Shown piece by piece: positions 50,830 through 59,068 of a stretch of 64,000 nt of DNA; position 1 is the first letter of the stretch; every line of letters starts with the position of its first letter. Under the pieces are notes generated by a model that made no database searches, had not been told where the DNA came from, and was given only the letters and a program-made list of their open reading frames with translations. The position numbers were made by a program, and so were the translations under genes. This DNA comes from Candidatus Thorarchaeota archaeon (lineage in GTDB: Archaea; Asgardarchaeota; Thorarchaeia; Thorarchaeales; Thorarchaeaceae): assembly GCA_016933575.1 (NCBI GenBank), contig JAFGAR010000028.1, positions 192,001 to 256,000 on the forward strand, read 5' to 3'.

Positions 50830-50971
50830 TCTGAAGTGCATGCAGAATTTTGCTCAAATGTGAATTTCCTGTCATCAACGAAGGCCATATATAGGCGAAA
50901 ATTCGCGGCCCAGAATAGACACGCCCTACACTTTGGGCGTTGAAAGACCGTTTTTGGTTACGGTGAAAATC

Positions 50972-52159
50972 ATGAGAGACCCAACAGGTTGGATGCGCGA
51001 CGAGTACAACACACTTGTCGAGCAGAATTTAAACTGGAGAATTCGAGAACTTCAGGGTCCCAGCACCCCGAAGGCAAAGATTGATGGCAAAGAGGTCATC
51101 ATGCTTTGCTCTAACAATTATCTGAACCTCAGTAATCACCCAAAACTGAAAGAGGCTGCTCTTAAGGCTATCAAATCACATGGCGTTGGTTCAGGCTCTG
51201 TCCGTGCCATTGCGGGTACCATGGACCTCCATTTAGAATTGGAACGACGTCTAGCTAAGTTCAAAGGAGCAGAGGCGTCACTTACCTATAGTGCTGGATT
51301 TACCTGCAATGAGGGACTCATCCCACAGCTTGTTGACAAAGAAGATGCTATCATCTCAGATGAATTGAATCACGGTTCTATCATCGATGGTGTTCGGCTT
51401 ACAAAGGCCACACGTTATGTCTACAAGCACAATGATGTCGCAGATCTTGAGAGAGTCCTCAAAGAGGCTGAGAAAGAGAAGCCTAGAAGGATGCTCCTTA
51501 TTACTGATGGTGTCTTTTCTATGGATGGAGACATTGCGCCTTTGGATGGTATCGTGAAAGCTGCAAAACCATATGGTGCAATGATTTATGTGGACGATGC
51601 TCACGGGGAGGCCGTCTTAGGAAAGGGCGGTCGAGGTATTGTTTCGCACTTCAATCTCACCCATAAGGATGTCCACTTCGAGATGGGTACTTTCTCAAAG
51701 GCTTTTGGAGTCATGGGAGGGCACGTGTCAGGAAGTCGTGACATGGTGAATTACGCATTGAACAAGAGCCGTTCCTGGTTGCTTAGCGCTTCGCACCCAC
51801 CAGCCACCGCAGCTGCCTGTATTGCAGCAATCGATGTCCTTGAGACCGAGGAGAAACATGTGAAAACACTCTGGGAGAATCGAGAGTATTTCATTAAGGG
51901 TCTCCAACAGATGGGATTTGACACTGGCAATAGCATGACACCAATTATTCCTGCAATGTGTGGTGAGAGCTCAAAGGCTGTTGCACTCAGTGATGGTCTT
52001 GTACAAGAGGGTATCCTCGCACTACCAATAGTCTTCCCAATGGTTTCCCGTGACAAAGCAAGAATCAGGAACATAATGAATTCTGGTCTAACAAAAGCCC
52101 AATTGGATACTGCTTTAGCAGCCTACGAGAAAGTCGGAAAACGAGCTAAAATCATCTAG
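50972..52159 (+). CDS. kbl: Glycine C-acetyltransferase (2-amino-3-ketobutyrate CoA ligase; class II PLP, BioF/Kbl family)
   Basis: CSNNYLNL, GSVRAIAGT, SDELNHGSIIDG, TDGVFSMDGD, DDAHG, GTFSKAFG, KARIR; SD GGTGA before ATG 50972. Confidence 0.85.
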   Translation: MRDPTGWMRDEYNTLVEQNLNWRIRELQGPSTPKAKIDGKEVIMLCSNNYLNLSNHPKLKEAALKAIKSHGVGSGSVRAIAGTMDLHLELERRLAKFKGAEASLTYSAGFTCNEGLIPQLVDKEDAIISDELNHGSIIDGVRLTKATRYVYKHNDVADLERVLKEAEKEKPRRMLLITDGVFSMDGDIAPLDGIVKAAKPYGAMIYVDDAHGEAVLGKGGRGIVSHFNLTHKDVHFEMGTFSKAFGVMGGHVSGSRDMVNYALNKSRSWLLSASHPPATAAACIAAIDVLETEEKHVKTLWENREYFIKGLQQMGFDTGNSMTPIIPAMCGESSKAVALSDGLVQEGILALPIVFPMVSRDKARIRNIMNSGLTKAQLDTALAAYEKVGKRAKII

Positions 52160-52171
52160 TGGATTATCCTA

Positions 52172-52212
52172 GGACATCTCGATATGAGATGTCCACTTCT
52201 CGTTTTTTCCTC
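52172..52212 (+). terminator. Hairpin plus T-rich tract after kbl
   Basis: GGACATCTC-GATAT-GAGATGTCC then ACTTCTCGTTTTTT. Confidence 0.7.
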
Positions 52213-52328
52213 TTTAATTTGTAAGATATCATATGTAGAAGAGTATGATGTACACGGTCCTACTTCTATCTCCTTTTTTGTCCTTCGAGAGCTAATGCTT
52301 ATCACTATCAATTACATTATGTAAGCCC

Positions 52329-52565
52329 ATGTCTGAAGTCCAGAAAGATTACACACTCAGAAGTATCTTGCAGAATGCATCAAAGAGTGGCGACCGTCTA
52401 AGATTTTTTGGACCAGGAATGATGATTGTAGCTGAAGGTCGTGTTGCTTTCGTTGGGAAAGAGGTTGTTGCCATCAGACATGGTGATACCGACGATCCTG
52501 ACGAATTCGTTAACCTAGAATGCATCATCAAGGTCCAGGTATTGGGTGAATACCGTCATTATTGA
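52329..52565 (+). CDS. 78-aa protein, possible Sm-like fold
   Basis: Helix followed by EGRVAFVGKEVVAI...FVNLECIIKV; CTTATCA box ~30 nt upstream (leaderless). Confidence 0.7.
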   Translation: MSEVQKDYTLRSILQNASKSGDRLRFFGPGMMIVAEGRVAFVGKEVVAIRHGDTDDPDEFVNLECIIKVQVLGEYRHY

Positions 52566-52588
52566 TGATAGTGCATCTTAGATGGTGA

Positions 52589-53758
52589 TCATATTCCACC
52601 ATAGACTAGTAGAATATAGAGCATCATCACGAACACTGCAATCATCGCGACTGACTCTAATGCATTGATCTTTGCATCATCTGTGATCATGACCCGTAGT
52701 ATGAACATTGTCGGGAAGGCAAAGAGCAACAAGACAACTGAATAGAGTTCAATGGGCAATATCTCAAGACCAAGATGCAGTGGGTCAAAGAAACCAATGA
52801 TACCGGATGCTATCATTGTAAACCCAAATATGACAAAGAATACCTGAACGATACCCCCAAAGGCATTACTTAGTGCAATCTCAAGCTCCTTCTTTCGATG
52901 ACTGCTTGCAACGATGATATATTCAGGGGTTCCACCGAAGATAACAAGCAAAAGAGCGGCATGGATGATAGGTAATCCAATCTCATCGATGGCAAAATGT
53001 GCAAATGATGAGAGTGCCTCACCCCCAAGCAGTGCACCGATAGAGGCAATGACTAGATAGACTCCGACAGTTGACTTTGGTAATTGTTCATGTTCAATCT
53101 CGCATGCAATATGAGGGTCTTGAGATGATGAATCGCAGTGCCCATAGTATTTGGTGATGCGATAGAGATAAGCGATGAAGACAACAACTAGACATACACC
53201 AAAGAGGAGTAACTCGCCGCTATCAAGAAATTGCGGAATTAAGATATTTGTTGATGACATTGGGAATAGGTGAACAAGCATCATCGACAGACCTACAGAG
53301 AGTGATATGACTGAACCCATGCTGAGTAGGTCTGATCCCACATGTTGAATTGCATCTGGAAGTTGATAGTTGCCATACTCATCCTTTGGAAGGACTAGTG
53401 TGTAGAGAGCAAATACGAGGGAGTTCGTAAAGATAGTTGCAAGAGCAAGAATCCAAGCCATTTCATACTGTCCGCTAAGGATCAGAAAAGTAAGCACAGA
53501 GAGTTCAGGGATGGTACTTGCGATGCTTGCGTAAATTCCTGAAACATAATCGGTCAAGTGCATGTTATGAGCAATGCCTTCAACAGATAAGACAAAAGCT
53601 TCGCAGGCTCCAGCAATTATCATGATACCTCCAATCAATTCAAGGTAGGGAACAATGGCTTCCGGAAGGATATGTAGACTAAGTGATTCGAGGAGGAGTA
53701 ATGGAGCTACAATAGCTATTCCAATGACATATGATAGTTGCCAGAGTTTGAGTTTCAC
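52589..53758 (-). CDS. Ca2+:cation antiporter (CaCA family)
   Basis: alpha-1 ASTIPEL and alpha-2 GGTPEY repeats, two TM bundles, His/acidic central loop. Confidence 0.8.
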   Translation of the reverse strand: MKLKLWQLSYVIGIAIVAPLLLLESLSLHILPEAIVPYLELIGGIMIIAGACEAFVLSVEGIAHNMHLTDYVSGIYASIASTIPELSVLTFLILSGQYEMAWILALATIFTNSLVFALYTLVLPKDEYGNYQLPDAIQHVGSDLLSMGSVISLSVGLSMMLVHLFPMSSTNILIPQFLDSGELLLFGVCLVVVFIAYLYRITKYYGHCDSSSQDPHIACEIEHEQLPKSTVGVYLVIASIGALLGGEALSSFAHFAIDEIGLPIIHAALLLVIFGGTPEYIIVASSHRKKELEIALSNAFGGIVQVFFVIFGFTMIASGIIGFFDPLHLGLEILPIELYSVVLLLFAFPTMFILRVMITDDAKINALESVAMIAVFVMMLYILLVYGGI

Positions 53759-53824
53759 AATCTCACACCAACTCTGAGGCGGGGATTACCCATAATTAAA
53801 CTTCACTCATGTTTCAATATTATT

Positions 53825-54403
53825 CTAAATATCCTCAGCAAGGACCTTACGAATTATGGTTGTTGCAGTCCTGCCTAGTGTAGCAATAATGACTTGAATC
53901 AAGAATGATATTATGAGAATCCCTAGAGATACTGCGATTCCAAAGAAGCTCAGAGAAGTAAGAGCCAATGCTGCAAAGAAGTATTTGTAGACAAGCCAAT
54001 AACCATACACACCCATTATCAGGATGAGTCCTACTGCAAGCCCATAGATTATTACGACCGTCTTTACTCCAGGTCGATTCAGGTCCACCTCTCCAATTCC
54101 TTCACCAATCACACTTTTGCCAATCTTCCTGTTGAATCGAACGAAAAATCCGATTGCGCCAAGAAAGAGAAAGAGTGTGAGCATCGCACCTCCAAGTAGA
54201 AGGAATACTGCTACATCAAACTCAATTGCATCAATAAGTCCAGAGCGACTGATTACATATGCTGCACCAGAACCTAGTAACATAATAGCTGCCACAATCT
54301 CACCTACTAGAGTAAGTGTGGCAGTCCCTCTGAAGAGAGAGCCAACATCGAGCATTTCTATATCTTCAGCAACATCTTCAGTTCTTGGAGTATCATCAGA
54401 CAT
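53825..54403 (-). CDS. Hypothetical membrane protein (4 TM)
   Basis: Four hydrophobic helices; SD GAGGG. Confidence 0.8.
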   Translation of the reverse strand: MSDDTPRTEDVAEDIEMLDVGSLFRGTATLTLVGEIVAAIMLLGSGAAYVISRSGLIDAIEFDVAVFLLLGGAMLTLFLFLGAIGFFVRFNRKIGKSVIGEGIGEVDLNRPGVKTVVIIYGLAVGLILIMGVYGYWLVYKYFFAALALTSLSFFGIAVSLGILIISFLIQVIIATLGRTATTIIRKVLAEDI

Positions 54404-54530
54404 ACATATTCCCTCTGCATCAATTTGTAAGTGATACTAAAAAGTGAGGCTCATAAAAGCTTGTAGTTTCATTATTTCAACATTGCGACAAATTCAAAAT
54501 GAATCTTTTAGGATTGGAACATGAAGTACA

Positions 54531-55052
54531 ATGCCAAACTACCTTAATGACCTGCCTTCAGGACCAAATCCACCAAGTGAAATCTATGTAATAGTAGAAT
54601 TAACAAGAGCTAGTAAGAATAAATACGAATATGATAGTGAGAAGAATGTATTCAAACTAGATAGAGTTCTCTACACATTTGCTCCCTTTGACTACGGATT
54701 CATACCTCGAACTCTTGACCAAGATGGCGATCCACTTGATGTAGTCCTTTTAATTTCAGAACCCACCTTTACAGGATGCCTTGTGAAAGCGAGACCAATT
54801 GGTGTGATGGAGATGGATGATTCAGGCCATATTGATGATAAGATAATTGCAGTTCCAATGAATGAGCCATATTACCGTGATGTCAAGAATCTCATGGATC
54901 TCCCTCGAAGTAGAATAGACGAACTCAAACACTTCTATGCGACCTATAAGATTCAAGAAGGTGGACATACAGAGATAAAGGAATTCAGAGAATTAGGAGA
55001 TGCGTACACGACAATAAATCGGTGTATCGCAGATTATGAGAAACAGGACTGA
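54531..55052 (+). CDS. ppa: Family I inorganic pyrophosphatase
   Basis: KYEYD, LDRVL, YGFIPRT, DGDPLD, DDKIIAV. Confidence 0.95.
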   Translation: MPNYLNDLPSGPNPPSEIYVIVELTRASKNKYEYDSEKNVFKLDRVLYTFAPFDYGFIPRTLDQDGDPLDVVLLISEPTFTGCLVKARPIGVMEMDDSGHIDDKIIAVPMNEPYYRDVKNLMDLPRSRIDELKHFYATYKIQEGGHTEIKEFRELGDAYTTINRCIADYEKQD

Positions 55053-55131
55053 TGCTCGAAGCAGCCGGACCAAAACTGTCTAAAGAGCTTTCAAAATTCC
55101 TTGGAGAACCAATTTGAATGAGTGATTTCAC

Positions 55132-55785
55132 ATGACTATGAAGATTAAATGCAGGGCAGTAATTTTTGATTTCGATGGAACATTAGCAGATAGCATGCCC
55201 TTCTTAGAGAGTATTGGCGTAGAGGTCATGATGAAGTACTTCAAGGTCTCAAGACAAGAAGCCACTGAGTGCTATAGGTCCACAACAGGTCTACCATATG
55301 AACATCAGATTAAGATGAACTTTCCAAATCACTCGAAAAATGTAGAAGCAATTGAAGAGTTCGAGAAGATGAAGATAGAGCGTATCTTCGAGCAGCAGTT
55401 ATTTCCGGATGCAATAGACACAGTCAAAGAACTGAATGCAAGAGGACTTGACATCTTTGTTTCTTCATCTACTTTCCAACCCACGATTGAGGAGTATTTC
55501 AGACGACGAGGCATTCTGGAATTATTCAGAGGCATACTAGGGTATAGACCGGGATTTGAGAAGGGAGCAGACCATTTCCGTCACATCGAAAAGGAATACA
55601 ATGTGCCATTCAAGGATATGGTATTTGTAGGTGACTCATTGAAAGACTATGAACGTTCGAAGGGATTCTGTAAATTCATTGCACTTAGTAGGATGTTCAC
55701 TCTAGAGGATTTCGAGAAACTGGGGTATAAGGGACCTGTTGTCTTTCAACTATCAGAAATTCCAAGCAACCTTCAAACAGGATAA
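55132..55785 (+). CDS. HAD superfamily hydrolase
   Basis: FDFDGTLADS, VSSS, K, FVGDSLKD. Confidence 0.9.
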   Translation: MTMKIKCRAVIFDFDGTLADSMPFLESIGVEVMMKYFKVSRQEATECYRSTTGLPYEHQIKMNFPNHSKNVEAIEEFEKMKIERIFEQQLFPDAIDTVKELNARGLDIFVSSSTFQPTIEEYFRRRGILELFRGILGYRPGFEKGADHFRHIEKEYNVPFKDMVFVGDSLKDYERSKGFCKFIALSRMFTLEDFEKLGYKGPVVFQLSEIPSNLQTG

Positions 55786-55899
55786 TTTAGGAAACTTATC
55801 TCAGAGCATCTAGATTGCTTCATTGCCTTATATTTCTTGGAACAGAGGGTTTTTCTTCATAAGCACCAATGATAGCTAGAATAATTTGGAGTCAGGCGG

Positions 55900-56760
55900 A
55901 TGATGCATTCCAAAGGAGTAATCCTTGGTGCTATGATTTTCCTCGCTGCAGTTGTTTCTTCACTATCACATGCACCAGCGGTTAGTGCAGACATGATTAT
56001 CATGACGAGTTTGTATGAGGGATCATCTATCCATAATGGTACTCATGTTTACATGCCTGAAGCCAATGTGAGTATTTTCATAAAGAACCAAGGTTCTATT
56101 TTCACAAATCTGCAAGCTGAATTTCAACTAGTGACGAACACGACTCAGAATGTAACTCTCGGATTTGTCCTTCCGCGAATATCAAGTTACACAGTTAATG
56201 GTCCGTCAAATCTCACAATAAGTGCAAATAGCACAGAGAGGTATTATACCGTCATGCAATGGGATGATCTGGTTTCAAGTCAAGGCTTTTCTACTGAGTG
56301 CATTGATATCTATGGAACATGGCTAGAGCAAGCAGAATTCGCTATCTTTAATCTAGAGATGGAAGCTGATCATACAGTTGTATTGACTGTTGTTTCGGAT
56401 ACAGAAATAACGCCTGAATATGCACATGTATTTGAGTATTCATACACAATAGCCAGTGCGCGAACATTTGAAAATGATACGCATGAAGTAGTCCATATAG
56501 AAGTGCTTGAGAACGAACCATTCCTAAATGTAACATTCAGTCCACAAAACTATCTCACGCTATCTAAGGAAGATATTCGATCTAATGCTCGTTGGGAGTT
56601 CGACGTATCAGATTTCAGTACTGATACTGTATCAATGTGGGCTACCATTAGAGAGTATCAACCTTGGGGATTAGGACCAAGAAACCTATCCTGGCTAATT
56701 TTTCCTGCTGTTGGTATTGTAGTAATTATCACAGCATTGGCAATAAAGAAATGGAGATAA
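55900..56760 (+). CDS. Secreted protein with C-terminal membrane anchor
   Basis: Signal peptide (VSA-D), many NxT/S sequons, C-terminal TM + KKWR. Confidence 0.8.
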   Translation: MMHSKGVILGAMIFLAAVVSSLSHAPAVSADMIIMTSLYEGSSIHNGTHVYMPEANVSIFIKNQGSIFTNLQAEFQLVTNTTQNVTLGFVLPRISSYTVNGPSNLTISANSTERYYTVMQWDDLVSSQGFSTECIDIYGTWLEQAEFAIFNLEMEADHTVVLTVVSDTEITPEYAHVFEYSYTIASARTFENDTHEVVHIEVLENEPFLNVTFSPQNYLTLSKEDIRSNARWEFDVSDFSTDTVSMWATIREYQPWGLGPRNLSWLIFPAVGIVVIITALAIKKWR

Positions 56761-56852
56761 TAACTCTAGAAATTGCACTTGGTGTAGTCACTATCTCGAT
56801 TTTCTAGTATGAATACTATCATTCTTTGATGAAATCAATGCAATTAAACGAG

Positions 56853-57821
56853 CTAACTAGCCTCAGCTGTAACTGCAGTAGCAGGACCTTGCCCCTTCAC
56901 CTTATTCATCTGCTCAAGTATCTGTCGAATGTGAGGTACATATTCTTCAGGTACAGTCACCAGATTCTCTTCAGGGCGTTCTTCCAATACATAAAGTATT
57001 TTTTCAAGAGTGTGCTTCTTCATCTGTCTGCACACTGCACCTTCGAAAATGGGAATGATCTTTTTGTCAGGATGGTTCTTCTGGAGCTGCTGAATCATAC
57101 CCATCTCAGTAGCAATTAGAATGACCTTAGACTTGGTCTCTGCTACGGTCTTCGCCATCATACCCGTCGAGCCAATCATGTCTGCAGCCGTTTGGACCTC
57201 AAGTGGACACTCTGGATGCGCGATTGCAAGTGAGTTGGGATATTTTGCTTTCAGCTCCTTCAACATGTCAGTGTCGAATTTGTCATGGACATAGCAGTGA
57301 CCTTCCTCATCAAGATCGATAATCTCCACATTGGTATGAGTACGAACATAATCAGCAAGATTTGCGTCTGGCCCAAAGATTACTCGATTCACGCCGAGCG
57401 ATTCTACGACTTCTACAGCACTTCCAGATGTACAGATGTAATCAGCCTCTGATTTCGCTGCAGCTGTAGTATTGACGTAGACTACGACAGGGACTCCAGG
57501 ATATTCTTTTTTCTTAGCACATATCTTCTCAGCATCAAGATAGGCAGCAAGAGGACAGAGTGCTCGGGGATCTGGAATATAGACAGGAACTTCAGGCGAG
57601 AGTATCGCTGCCATCTCAGCCATAAATTTGACACCTGCAAAGATAATCATTTCATAACCATTAGGTTCAGCAGATTTCCTTGCCAATTGTAGAGAATCAC
57701 CTACGAAGTCTGCAATCTCCTGAATGTCTATGGTCTGATAATTGTGAGCGAGGATGAGAGCTTTCTTCTCTTTCTTTAATCGAAGTATTTTCTTCTGAAG
57801 CTCGCTGAAGTTTTGGGTCAC
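56853..57821 (-). CDS. nadA: Quinolinate synthase
   Basis: ILAHNYQ, VGDSLQL, GVKFMAE, YVNT, CTS, AHPEC, three Fe-S cysteines (ALCPL, HCYVH, VCRQM). Confidence 0.95.
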   Translation of the reverse strand: MTQNFSELQKKILRLKKEKKALILAHNYQTIDIQEIADFVGDSLQLARKSAEPNGYEMIIFAGVKFMAEMAAILSPEVPVYIPDPRALCPLAAYLDAEKICAKKKEYPGVPVVVYVNTTAAAKSEADYICTSGSAVEVVESLGVNRVIFGPDANLADYVRTHTNVEIIDLDEEGHCYVHDKFDTDMLKELKAKYPNSLAIAHPECPLEVQTAADMIGSTGMMAKTVAETKSKVILIATEMGMIQQLQKNHPDKKIIPIFEGAVCRQMKKHTLEKILYVLEERPEENLVTVPEEYVPHIRQILEQMNKVKGQGPATAVTAEAS

Positions 57822-57985
57822 TATTCACACCTGCTCAAACGTCGAAAATACTACTTTTAATGAAAGCTTAATCGGCAAATAGCGACTTCCGTTCAAAGCG
57901 ATGGCAACTTTTGCCGTATTCACAGGCGGGTCATTTAAGTGGCCTAATAGTTTTTGAACACCATCTCAAATCAAAGGAGATACCA

Positions 57986-59038
57986 ATGACGAGAATAGGG
58001 GTTATGTCTGGTCAAGAGGCAGGTATGCTTGAAGATGCGCGAAGCATTGTAGATACTCTGAAGGCAAATGGTACCGACTATGTCATTGATGATAAGCTAG
58101 CTGATACCCTAGGTCAAAAAGGTATTCCAGTAAAAAAAATGGATGTAGAAATCCTTGCCATTGTTGGATCAGACAGATTCCTTCTCAAGACTCTCCTTGA
58201 ACTTGGACAGACAGATATTCCTATTCTCCCAGTGGCATCAAAAGGACAGCCAGATTTCCTATTTGATGTACTAGTGAATAATTTTGAAACTGTGATTGAT
58301 GACTTGATGGAAGGACATTGGACACGTGAAGAAAAGACTAGACTTGTCGCAGAGATATCAGGGAAAGATACTCCCCCTCTTCTGAATGATATTGGAATAT
58401 TTGCTAGACGTAGTGCTACTCTAATACGATACTCGCTCCTTATCGATGGTGAGCATTTTTGGAAAGATGGAAGCGATGGTCTTATTGTTGCAACTCCTAC
58501 CGGAAGCACTGCATATTCTCTAAGTGTTGGAGGTCCTATTGTTCTCAATTCTGCACCGGTCTTCTCAATAATACCAGTGAATAGTGTTAATCCTTCAAGA
58601 AGACCTCTAGTTGTACCTGAAGATCTGATATTAGAGATTCAGGAACTAACCAGTTCTGTAGCAATAGAAGCAGTGTTAGATGGGCAGATAAGAAAGAAGA
58701 TAGATAGCAAGCCAATTAAAATCCGCAAGGCAGATCAAAGTGCGGTCTTCGTAAAATTTGAACTTGAGCGAGTCGCTGCATTGAGAGGGAAATTGCTAAA
58801 GAAATCTGAAACCTCAGAGGACCAAGCTTACGAACTGCCGCCAAGTGCTAAACTTGTATTGAAAGTTCTTGAATATCAGGAACAACTAAGCCAAAAGGAA
58901 ATAATAGAGGAAACTATGCTGCCTGCTCGAACTGTACGCTATGCACTATCTCTCTTGATGAGCGAAGGACTCGTTATTAAACGTCTATCCTTAAGAGATA
59001 GTCGCCAGGGTATCTACCAAGTTAAAAAGAAGACATGA
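57986..59038 (+). CDS. NAD kinase-family protein with C-terminal winged HTH
   Basis: LLND, DGLIVATPTGSTAYSLSVGGP; GGDG motif reads GSDR; LPPSAKLVLKVL..LSQKEI..RTVRYALSLL..G; SD AAGGAG before ATG 57986. Confidence 0.88.
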   Translation: MTRIGVMSGQEAGMLEDARSIVDTLKANGTDYVIDDKLADTLGQKGIPVKKMDVEILAIVGSDRFLLKTLLELGQTDIPILPVASKGQPDFLFDVLVNNFETVIDDLMEGHWTREEKTRLVAEISGKDTPPLLNDIGIFARRSATLIRYSLLIDGEHFWKDGSDGLIVATPTGSTAYSLSVGGPIVLNSAPVFSIIPVNSVNPSRRPLVVPEDLILEIQELTSSVAIEAVLDGQIRKKIDSKPIKIRKADQSAVFVKFELERVAALRGKLLKKSETSEDQAYELPPSAKLVLKVLEYQEQLSQKEIIEETMLPARTVRYALSLLMSEGLVIKRLSLRDSRQGIYQVKKKT

Positions 59039-59068
59039 GTCATAATAACAGCTTACGCTAATAAAGGA

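Noticed and set aside
27300-50900. Integrated mobile element or provirus
   Set aside because: No integrase, transposase, capsid genes, tRNA target or att repeats recognised
50921-50940. Small hairpin ACGCCC/GGGCGT in the kbl 5' UTR as a riboswitch
   Set aside because: Single short stem in a ~55-nt leader; no glycine or other aptamer consensus
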